Shown here: positions 7,891-15,901 of the stretch, in pieces
How positions within the stretch are numbered: position 1 is the stretch's first letter
Layout of the letters: each line of letters begins with the position of its first letter
Source of the DNA: Promethearchaeota archaeon
GTDB taxonomy: Archaea > Asgardarchaeota > Lokiarchaeia > Sigyniarchaeales > SOKP01
Assembly: GCA_011364975.1 (NCBI GenBank)
Contig: RDOE01000068.1
Location: 1 to 17,677 of the forward strand
DNA: 17,677 nucleotides
Direction of reading: 5' to 3'
Translations under genes and position numbers: made by a program
The notes under the pieces: model-generated
Databases searched by the model: none
What the model saw: the letters and a program-made list of their open reading frames with translations, nothing else
What the model was told of the DNA's origin: nothing

Positions 7891-8376
7891 TGGACAATAG
7901 TATATGTGCATTGGTTTTTGACACAATTTGACGGTTATAACAACGATCCAGTTGTTACTAAACGTATTTCCTACGTATGATTTCTGGTTGGTTTTTTTTA
8001 GTATCCCAGAGAAAAATAAATGCTTAATTTACCATAATTAATACAATTTAGTTTTTTCCTTTAGTGCTAGTATGAATTGTAAACTATAGAATTAATTTGA
8101 AATAATCCTAAGGTTCTAGGAGAAAAGCACTTTGGGCAATTTTAACGGTGATAATTTTACTTAAAATTAGTACACAGAATAAATAATAAGATATGACATT
8201 TTTCTATGTTTTCTAGTTGAATAGAGTGCTATTATAGATACATTTGACAATGAAACATAGTAAAAATTAAATTATAAATTTCGATAGAAGCTCCAATATT
8301 AATATAATTATACTCAGTAAAGGTTAAGTCTTTGAACCATGAATTCTGAGATTTTCGGAGCTACTATTGTCCACCT
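7891..8376 (+). ncRNA. Putative large (~485 nt) structured non-coding RNA of unknown class
   Basis: Perfect 12-bp terminal pairing TGGACAATAGTA (7891-7902) / TACTATTGTCCA (8362-8373). Internal hairpins at 7905-7925, 7938-7957, 7981-8012, 8042-8081, 8106-8121, 8138-8168, 8198-8267 and 8289-8362. Candidate pseudoknot 8126-8134 / 8222-8230. Upstream TATA, downstream T7, no long ORF. Confidence 0.65.
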
Positions 8377-9254
8377 TTTTTTGTATTATTTAAGTTTTGT
8401 AAATCTTCATAAGTATCAATATCAATAAAGCCCAGATTTTGGTCGATTTGTTGTAGAGAGATATTATTTTCTTTTTTGGCAATCAAATTAATGACTTCTC
8501 TTACAGAATTAATGTTTGATTTTTGAATTATATCTTTAATTTTTTGAATAAAGTTAAAGTTAAACATAAAACAAGGGATAATTTGAAATATATCTTTTTT
8601 TTTTGAAATCTTTGATAAATCTTTTTGTATTATTTTTTTAAGATATTTTTGCTTATTTATTGATTTAGATTTTGCAATTGAAATAAAAATCTTTGAATCA
8701 TGGAGAGAAGTTTTAGAGAGCCCTTTTAGTGAACCTATTTTAATCTTTCGAAAAGGAATAACGCAGGTACTTTTATTTTTATTTATTAGTTTATTCGTTT
8801 GGCTAAAAATTTCATTTAATAGGGAAAAATCGAAAATCGTGTCACCTGGTAAGAGTATATAAACCTTATCCTCTTTAAAAAAATCTTTATTGCGAGTAAA
8901 ACTGAGAAAGGAGTATAAAGAACCTTTGCGATATTCAAAACCCGAATCAAATAGCAAAATTTTATCTTTTAAGTTTTTAGGTTGGAATGTTAGATTTTTT
9001 ACGTATTCTTCAATATTTTGCTTTAAATAGCCTGTGATTATGATTAATTTTTCAATATCAAATTTAAGTAATTTATTAATAGTATCGTAAAGAATGGGTT
9101 TATTTTGTAGATAAGCTAGAGAAATTAAAGCTTTAGGGATATTTTCAATATGATTACTAATGCGAGTGCCCTCTCCAGCACATAGAAGAATGCAGATGAT
9201 CTTTTTTTTTACATTATTCCCTAGTGGTAACAACGGGGGTTCCATCAACATCAA
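8364..9254 (-). CDS. NTP-transferase (sugar/choline-phosphate nucleotidyltransferase family); start uncertain
   Basis: LCAGEGTR...IPKAL signature, ITGYL, LPGD and C-terminal FIDIDTYEDL. All in-frame starts (ATG 9254/9251/9245, TTG 9233) lie inside the map 3' end. Confidence 0.85.
   Translation of the reverse strand: MMLMEPPLLPLGNNVKKKIICILLCAGEGTRISNHIENIPKALISLAYLQNKPILYDTINKLLKFDIEKLIIITGYLKQNIEEYVKNLTFQPKNLKDKILLFDSGFEYRKGSLYSFLSFTRNKDFFKEDKVYILLPGDTIFDFSLLNEIFSQTNKLINKNKSTCVIPFRKIKIGSLKGLSKTSLHDSKIFISIAKSKSINKQKYLKKIIQKDLSKISKKKDIFQIIPCFMFNFNFIQKIKDIIQKSNINSVREVINLIAKKENNISLQQIDQNLGFIDIDTYEDLQNLNNTKKGGQ
8376..8382 (+). terminator. Oligo-T archaeal terminator of the putative ncRNA
   Basis: T7 run 2 nt after the 3' strand of the closing helix. 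Confidence 0.5.
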
Positions 9255-10131
9255 TTACAATTGTATGTTCTTCTTGAGCGACAGGTGCCCCTGTCTGCTC
9301 GATTAAAATGGGATAATGAGTAAGGATTTGTTTTCTTAAAAATATATCAATAACTTTCTGTATCTTATTTTTTGGGATTACATTATGAAATTCTAATAAC
9401 CTTGGAGAGAAAGGCAGCTTTTTTGTAATATTATCAATCTTATTCATATAATTTAATTCTTCATAGGGCATATTTTTCTTAGCCTTTTTTATTATACGAT
9501 AAATATAGGAATTCTTTCCATTTGTAACCCAACCATCTCCAGAGGTTGCGAAAGGCTCACAAGCATAAGCATCACCTGATTTTAAAACTTGTTTGTGATT
9601 CATGTCTTTATAATTTGGTATAAAAGGACCTGCATGAAGTTCATACTGTTTCAGCTCATGTCCTCCAAGATTTCTGATAGGTTTAAGTCCAAATTCGAGT
9701 ATTTTATTTGCGATAACTTCACCTAATTCATATAACTTAACACCTGGTTTAAAAATCTCAATGGCGGCTTCTAATCCATTAAGCGCAGCATCAACGAATT
9801 TTTGAAGCATATCATCCTTATCTATATTTATTGTTATCGCGGAGTCAGCAATAAAGCCGTTATAATGAGCCCCTAAATCTATCTTCAATAAACCCCGGTC
9901 AGGAACTATGGAAGGATCATCAATTATAGGACTATAATGGGCCGCAATTTCATTTAGGGAGATATTCGCAGGGAATGATAATTCACATCCCTCATTTAAA
10001 ATTTTCTCTTCACATTTATTTGCAATATCTAAAAGAGATACCCCAGGTTTTACCATAGCCCTTGCTACTCGTTTAGCTGCACCTACTGCTTTTCCCGCGA
10101 TAATATAAGATTCCAACCAATTGTCAGTCAT
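9214..10131 (-). CDS. map: Type II methionine aminopeptidase
   Basis: SFPANISLNEIAAHYSP, KIDLGAH, ADSAIT, NLGGH, LHAG, ACEPF and AQEEHT, plus the type II helical insert. Confidence 0.97.
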   Translation of the reverse strand: MTDNWLESYIIAGKAVGAAKRVARAMVKPGVSLLDIANKCEEKILNEGCELSFPANISLNEIAAHYSPIIDDPSIVPDRGLLKIDLGAHYNGFIADSAITINIDKDDMLQKFVDAALNGLEAAIEIFKPGVKLYELGEVIANKILEFGLKPIRNLGGHELKQYELHAGPFIPNYKDMNHKQVLKSGDAYACEPFATSGDGWVTNGKNSYIYRIIKKAKKNMPYEELNYMNKIDNITKKLPFSPRLLEFHNVIPKNKIQKVIDIFLRKQILTHYPILIEQTGAPVAQEEHTIVIDVDGTPVVTTRE

Positions 10132-10174
10132 GATATTAGGTTAATTTATAATTAATTATTTAAATTAATACATT

Positions 10175-11497
10175 TTAGGGAGTTAATCGTTCAGGAGTTC
10201 TGGGATACATTACTGCCTCTCTAATATCATTTAACCCGCATAAGACAGTTAACCATCTTGCAATCCCAAGTCCTAATCCCGCGTGCGGAGGCATTCCAAA
10301 ATCGAAAGTATTTAAATGAGATTCAAATGCAATAGGATTTAATCCTTTTAATTCAAGCGCAGATATTAAATGTTCTTTATTATGAACACGTGTTCCTCCT
10401 GATGATAATTCGAGCATTCCTTTCTGCAGATCAAATGATTCACTATATTTGGGGTTTTTAGAAGGCATAATATAAAATGGTTTTATAGCCATTGGCCAAT
10501 GAGTAATATAGTAATACCCTGGTAAAATATTTTCTAATTCTCGATAGGCTTCTGTAGAAATATCTTCTCCCCATTCAATTGGAATTTTACATTTTTTTTG
10601 AATAAGGTCTAAAATTTGATCATAGGTATAACGCGGAAAAGGAAGTTCGGGTAATAGTGTTTTTTCTTCCATTTCTAGAATTTTTAAAGATCCTAATTGG
10701 TTATTTCTTATGTTCTTAATGACAAAATAAATTAACTCTTCCAATGTTTTAAGAACATCTGTCATGTCCGCAAAAGCTATTTCGATATCTAATTGTACTA
10801 TCTCACATAAATGCCGTTTTGTGTGAGATTTTTCAGCCCTGAAGCTTGGACCTATTTCAAATACTCTCTCAAAAACCCCACTTAATTGTTCTTTATATAA
10901 TTGTGCGGATTGAGTAAGAAATGCCTCTCTATCAAAATACATTATTGGGAATAGTTCAGTACCCCCTTCAGTGGCAGATCCAATTATCTTGGGAGTATAA
11001 ATCTCTTTAAATTCATTATCAAAAAGAAATTCTCTTGCAGCTTTTATTAATTCTCCCCGGATTGCAAATATAGCTTGGTTACGAACTGATCTTAAATCTA
11101 ATGCTCTATTATTAAGTCTCAAGTCTAAGTCCGTAGTTGTTTCTCCTGTCATATCTATAGGAAGTTTATCAGGCGTTTTGTTGAGTATTTTAATTTCAGA
11201 AGGTATAATTTCTATTCCTCCGGGTGCATTACCAAATTTTTTTACTTTCCCTCTTACCATAATACAATATTGATATCCCAATTTAGTGTTATTAAATAAC
11301 TCATCACTTACAACACCTTTTTTCATAGTAATTTGGCGTTCTCCATATGAATCTTGGAGATTTATGAATTTTAATCCTCCTAAATCTCTAAAATTGCGAA
11401 TCCACCCTCCTAATACAACTTCCTGCCCAATTAACTTTGAAGTAACCTCTTTAGTTAAATGAGTCTTCCTCCAATCGGCCATTTCATCAAGTGACAT
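10175..11497 (-). CDS. aspS: Aspartyl-tRNA synthetase, archaeal type, probably non-discriminating Asp/Asn
   Basis: OB-fold RDLGGLKF, RxLDLR, ATEGG, QSAQLYK, FRAE and GMPPHAGLGLG motifs. Pro in the L1 loop (APGG). Confidence 0.96.
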   Translation of the reverse strand: MSLDEMADWRKTHLTKEVTSKLIGQEVVLGGWIRNFRDLGGLKFINLQDSYGERQITMKKGVVSDELFNNTKLGYQYCIMVRGKVKKFGNAPGGIEIIPSEIKILNKTPDKLPIDMTGETTTDLDLRLNNRALDLRSVRNQAIFAIRGELIKAAREFLFDNEFKEIYTPKIIGSATEGGTELFPIMYFDREAFLTQSAQLYKEQLSGVFERVFEIGPSFRAEKSHTKRHLCEIVQLDIEIAFADMTDVLKTLEELIYFVIKNIRNNQLGSLKILEMEEKTLLPELPFPRYTYDQILDLIQKKCKIPIEWGEDISTEAYRELENILPGYYYITHWPMAIKPFYIMPSKNPKYSESFDLQKGMLELSSGGTRVHNKEHLISALELKGLNPIAFESHLNTFDFGMPPHAGLGLGIARWLTVLCGLNDIREAVMYPRTPERLTP

Positions 11498-11587
11498 TTT
11501 TATAAAAAAAAAACATTGTAAACCTAAAAATTATTATTGAAAAGGAAATTAAGAATAAATTTTTTGCTATCTTATTATGGAATAATT

Positions 11588-13132
11588 ATGCCAACTCTAA
11601 ATTGGGGCGGAAAAAATTTAGAAATAGATAGTATAAATGCAGATGATTTAAAGACTAAAAATTTCTGCTTGCTAGAATTTAATCATACTCCTATTATAGA
11701 CAAATATGATTTTGATGAAAAACCAATAATAAAATCGAGAGAATTATCCATAAGCAAAAAAGATTACAGGGATGATTGGTGTAATTTATTATTTTGGGGC
11801 GATAATTTAAGTGTAATGATTTACCTATTGAAGGCTTACTCAAATAGTTTAGATCTCATATATATCGATCCTCCATTCGCAACAGGAAATAATTTCAATT
11901 ATAAAATATTAATTGGTGAAAGAAGTGGCTCTGAAATATCAGAAGCATATTCGGATGTATGGAGTGGTGGGATAGATACATATATTTCCTTTATTTATGA
12001 TAGATTAAAACTTATGAAAGCTTTATTGTCTGAACGGGGCAGTATTTATTTGCATTTAGATTGGCATATCAGCCATTATATTAAAGTTATTATGGATGAG
12101 ATTTTTGGAAAAGAAAATTTTCGAAATGAAATTATATGGGCGTACCCTGCAGCCTCAGCTAAAACTAGAAGATTTTTTATTAGGTCTTATGATGCTATAT
12201 TATTCTATTCCAAATCGGATAATTATATTTTTAATGATGATCCTGAAATTTATATGGAATTCTCAAACCGTGTAAAAGATAATTTAAAAAAAGATGAGCA
12301 TGGTACCTTCTATTATCGAGGAGGAAGTCATGATGGAAAAAAGTTATCTCAGAAAGTGTATCTCCAAGAAGATGGTATTTTCCCAAGAGATGTGTGGAAT
12401 GATATTCCATATATTAGAGCTAATACCTTAGAATATCAAGGATTTTCTACGCAAAAACCAGAAAGATTGTTAAAAAGAATAATTCTTGCCTCCTCTAATC
12501 AAGGAGATATAGTAGCTGATTTTTTTTGCGGCACAGGAACGACATTATCTGTTGCAGAAAAACTTAATCGAAGATGGATTGGCTCTGATATGATGGCCAC
12601 TTCTATAAATATAACAAAAAAAAGAATTTTCAACATTTATTCAAGCAATGATTTATACTCCTGGAATAAAAGATATAAATCGTTGCCAAAACCGTTTAAC
12701 TTAATTACTTTCAATGGTAAAATGGAAGATTTCACAATACCAAATAATTTACTTAAACAGGATTTAGGATATGAACTTAGAATAAAAAATTCAGAACCAA
12801 GATTTACTTTTAATGTTGAGTGTCAAGAGCAATTAGTGAATATTCATCTTTTAAACTACATTATGCCAAAATTAGAGTTAATAAGTGACAGGATAATTAA
12901 AAACGTAAACACTTTTTCAGATTGGATTGATAATTGGGCTGTTGACTATGATTATAATGAAAAATATTTCAACACTTCCTGGATTTCATTTCGTTCATAC
13001 AAAAAAAGAACCTTAAAACTAATCTCGAAACCTTACTACTATGAAAAAAAGGGTGAATATATAATAGCTATAAAAGTAGGTAATATTTTTGGTGGTGAAG
13101 CCATTCAATCTTATAAGATTATAATAGAATAA
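11588..13132 (+). CDS. Beta-class amino (N6-A/N4-C) DNA methyltransferase, Type III Mod-like, orphan in this window
   Basis: Motif IV IYIDPPF precedes TQKPE and motif I DFFCGTGTT. Mod-like C-terminal domain (DWIDNWAVD...IAIKVGNIFG). ATG 11588 (MPTLNWGGK) is the likely start. Confidence 0.92.
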   Translation: MPTLNWGGKNLEIDSINADDLKTKNFCLLEFNHTPIIDKYDFDEKPIIKSRELSISKKDYRDDWCNLLFWGDNLSVMIYLLKAYSNSLDLIYIDPPFATGNNFNYKILIGERSGSEISEAYSDVWSGGIDTYISFIYDRLKLMKALLSERGSIYLHLDWHISHYIKVIMDEIFGKENFRNEIIWAYPAASAKTRRFFIRSYDAILFYSKSDNYIFNDDPEIYMEFSNRVKDNLKKDEHGTFYYRGGSHDGKKLSQKVYLQEDGIFPRDVWNDIPYIRANTLEYQGFSTQKPERLLKRIILASSNQGDIVADFFCGTGTTLSVAEKLNRRWIGSDMMATSINITKKRIFNIYSSNDLYSWNKRYKSLPKPFNLITFNGKMEDFTIPNNLLKQDLGYELRIKNSEPRFTFNVECQEQLVNIHLLNYIMPKLELISDRIIKNVNTFSDWIDNWAVDYDYNEKYFNTSWISFRSYKKRTLKLISKPYYYEKKGEYIIAIKVGNIFGGEAIQSYKIIIE

Positions 13133-13133
13133 A

Positions 13134-14528
13134 TTACATTTTCATGATTTCTCTCAATAGCATAGTAGCATAAGATCCTTTGGATAGAGAGAATTCAATT
13201 TTTACTTTTTGTTTATTTTGAAAAATATCATCAGGTTCAATTTCTATTAAATTTAACTCTTTAGGTCGAACTAACATTGATCTATAAGAACCTTTAAAGT
13301 CATGGTCTTTAAGTAGTTCATGATGGAATATAGAAGGGTTAATTTGTTCCTCTTCGAGTATATCTAATAATAATGATTGCATTAGCGGAAATTCATCTAA
13401 GTTTGAATCATATCCGACTAGTGGAATTACTATAGAGGCCCGTTTTAAGTTTAAAGCTTCTTGAAGATATGTATCATAAGACCCTCCAAAAATGTATTTT
13501 ATTTGAGTCAATTGACCATCCATATCATCTAAAATGCTTATTACATCTCCATCAGCTGGTTTGAATAAGGAATACCCTTTTTTTACCCTTAAGCTCAATA
13601 GTTTGTTAAAAAGATATGATTGAAAAGAACTAAGGATGAGTTTGATGAGATAGGACGGGAGATGGTGCATAGCACCCTCATAATCACCGGGATTGTTAAT
13701 CAAATATTTCAAGATTTGACGTTCATAATTCAGGCTTTTAGGAAATTGTTCGAGTGCTTTTTCAAGATTAGCTGTATCCCTTAGTTCAGTCCGTACATTT
13801 CTTGATAATTCCGATTCAGTTGAATATGTATTTAGAATAAACTCATTATATGCTTCTTTAAATTTATTTTCCAAAAGATACCTCCCTATTAAGTGTGAAT
13901 TTGGTCGAAATGTTCCAAAACGCTGAAGTCCATAATAGTTAGGAAAACCGGATTCCTTAATTTTAAGAAGACTTTTCTCGATACTTTTTTTATTTTTAGA
14001 TTTTTTTTCTATATTTCTTATCGTAATAGTGAATTTATTGCCCCAATTACTGCCTAATCTGATTGACCTTTTGGACAAGCTTATATCTCGAACAAATACA
14101 TCCCTAATGTTCAATTTCTTCAATCGATCTACGAAATTACCAGGTATAGATATTCGTTGCACGCTTATAGAACACTTATCTTTTAATCCTGAATATTCAA
14201 TCTTATCCACTGGAATTTTAAGAGCTTTACTTATCAATCTTACTGCATCAAATGTGTCTCGATTTACCTTAACTAAATTGAATGTTGTATATTTGTATTT
14301 TGAATAGTTATCTGTTGTTGATAATTGCTTATCTTTCCTAAATCCTAATACATTTCCATTTTCAGTTATTTCTTGAACAACAAAATCTTTATAAGAATTT
14401 TTATAAACGCCCCCAATACCCTTTAATTCAAAAGTGGAATAAATTTGAATTCCAACAAACTTTTCCAGTTCGCTTTCTTTATTATCCTCAAAAAAACAGA
14501 TGTTATTTCTATATTCAACCAAATCCAA
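13134..14528 (-). CDS. truD: tRNA pseudouridine(13) synthase TruD/Pus7
   Basis: DFVVQE, SGLKDK (catalytic Asp), GNKFTITIR, FPNYYGLQRFG, FQSYLFN and FSLSKGSYATMLLRE. Confidence 0.97.
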   Translation of the reverse strand: MDLVEYRNNICFFEDNKESELEKFVGIQIYSTFELKGIGGVYKNSYKDFVVQEITENGNVLGFRKDKQLSTTDNYSKYKYTTFNLVKVNRDTFDAVRLISKALKIPVDKIEYSGLKDKCSISVQRISIPGNFVDRLKKLNIRDVFVRDISLSKRSIRLGSNWGNKFTITIRNIEKKSKNKKSIEKSLLKIKESGFPNYYGLQRFGTFRPNSHLIGRYLLENKFKEAYNEFILNTYSTESELSRNVRTELRDTANLEKALEQFPKSLNYERQILKYLINNPGDYEGAMHHLPSYLIKLILSSFQSYLFNKLLSLRVKKGYSLFKPADGDVISILDDMDGQLTQIKYIFGGSYDTYLQEALNLKRASIVIPLVGYDSNLDEFPLMQSLLLDILEEEQINPSIFHHELLKDHDFKGSYRSMLVRPKELNLIEIEPDDIFQNKQKVKIEFSLSKGSYATMLLREIMKM

Positions 14529-14546
14529 TAAGCCTTATGATCTAAA

Positions 14547-14903
14547 TTATAATAATTTTAAATCTCCTGTTATCTTATCAATCTTATCTGAAATTACGGG
14601 CCCAATTCCTACAGCAGTTGTAGTACCAGGGGGTAATTGAGTTAGTCCTGCATCTTGTACGATAAAAAATATAATTTTTTCTTTTTCTAGTTGAATAATA
14701 ATATCATGCAATTCATCAAGATTATTAATTTTCAATACGATTTTTTTTTGACCCATATCTTTCCATTGTTTCCATACTGCCTTTTCTTTAACCCGAACTA
14801 AATCAGCTGCAGATAATGAAGCATGACACGACTGAGCACACTTTTTCCCTGTACCCATTTTTAAATCGGTCCTCAATAGTATAACTTGTTTATAATCTGG
14901 CAT
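14547..14903 (-). CDS. pth2: Peptidyl-tRNA hydrolase Pth2
   Basis: KQV...[24 protein letters not shown] and [19 protein letters not shown]. Confidence 0.97.
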   Translation of the reverse strand: MPDYKQVILLRTDLKMGTGKKCAQSCHASLSAADLVRVKEKAVWKQWKDMGQKKIVLKINNLDELHDIIIQLEKEKIIFFIVQDAGLTQLPPGTTTAVGIGPVISDKIDKITGDLKLL

Positions 14904-14949
14904 GATAAGATAAACTCATTAATAATTAAGAAGAAAATCAATATAATAC

Positions 14950-15459
14950 TTATTCAAATTCGACTCTAATAACATTTCCAGTAATTTCTAATACTAATTC
15001 TTCAAGCTCCTCTTTTGTAAATAATATCTTTTCTTCTTCTTTCTTAGATAAGACTGCTTTAAATTCAATATCTCCTGTTGCTAAAAAGATTTCATTTAAC
15101 GAAAGCAATTTATAAGGAGCGATTAATGCTTCAATTACTGGTCTAGGCTTATTAGTTTTTTCAATCAATATCAATGTTTCTATTTCATAGGTTTCCTTTA
15201 TCCAATCAATTAGCTTTGGTGATATTTTTATTTTATCCTTTATACCTACGATTATTATAACCACATCCTCGAAATCTATTGATTTATAAAAGGAAACGTT
15301 CCTTAAAAACCCAAATTCGTCCTTTTCTTCCAGTTCCAACAAATCTTTGGCTAAATCTAAATCAAATTCAGAGATCTCTCCCGTATCTAGCTTTTCTTGG
15401 CAACTAGTACATAAAAATCCAGAATTTACACATGTTATGCACGCTGGAAGATTTTTCAT
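14950..15459 (-). CDS. Archaeal NusA-like paralog with N-terminal Cys4 Zn-binding motif
   Basis: N-terminal PACITCVNSGFLCTSCQEKL..GEISEFD is typical of the archaeal NusA-like family. The C-terminal KH-like region is degenerate. Confidence 0.75.
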   Translation of the reverse strand: MKNLPACITCVNSGFLCTSCQEKLDTGEISEFDLDLAKDLLELEEKDEFGFLRNVSFYKSIDFEDVVIIIVGIKDKIKISPKLIDWIKETYEIETLILIEKTNKPRPVIEALIAPYKLLSLNEIFLATGDIEFKAVLSKKEEEKILFTKEELEELVLEITGNVIRVEFE

Positions 15460-15491
15460 TCAGATTTAACCAAAAATATTATTAATATTGC

Positions 15492-15692
15492 TTATAATTC
15501 AATAATTTCGCAAGTAACCCCTTTTAACAATCGATCCGCAACAGTAGGATTGGTTTTAAAGGTATAAAGATGCTTCTTTGTTCGTAATTTCAGCTTAACA
15601 CTATTCTTTAATCTTTTTACTCGGCAATGAAATGCAAATTTTGATAATTCTAAAAATTTTTCTTCATCAAATATCTCTTTGGGCAACTTCAC
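15492..15692 (-). CDS. rpl38e: 50S ribosomal protein eL38
   Basis: PKEI...FL...CRVKR...VKLKLRTKKHLYT signature. The start may be TTG at 15686. Confidence 0.92.
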   Translation of the reverse strand: MKLPKEIFDEEKFLELSKFAFHCRVKRLKNSVKLKLRTKKHLYTFKTNPTVADRLLKGVTCEIIEL

Positions 15693-15901
15693 TCAACTTC
15701 GTTTTAATATCGTATATCTTATTCTATTAATTATAAAATTTTAATTTTTTCTTTAGATTCCAAAAATTTTTTAGCTTTCCTATGTTTAGAAAATTATTCT
15801 TTAGTTTTTACATAACGAATTATAATTTAGCCTTACTGTTTTGTAAAAACATTCACATTAGATTGAGTTTTAAAAATATTAAAACATAGAGGATTTTAAA
15901 G

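Noticed and set aside
8289-8362. SECIS element downstream of the minus-strand NTP-transferase
   Set aside because: No AUGA/GA core on the minus strand and no in-frame TGA in the upstream genes.
7891-8373. MITE or IS remnant with 12-bp terminal inverted repeats
   Set aside because: No target-site duplication (flanks TTATTAT / CCTTTTT) and no transposase remnant. TATA and T-run placement and strand-specific G-U pairs fit a transcript better. Not fully excluded without a genome-wide copy search.
7891-8373. Canonical RNase P RNA or SRP 7S RNA
   Set aside because: No GAGGAA-N-NUCC near the 5' end, no ACAGAA...GGCUUA just before the 3' helix, and no SRP helix-8 CAGG...GGAA...AGCA motif. GAAGCTCC (8287) and ACAGAA (8174) are in the wrong order and positions.
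14029-14307. 92-aa plus-strand ORF
   Set aside because: Antisense shadow of truD.
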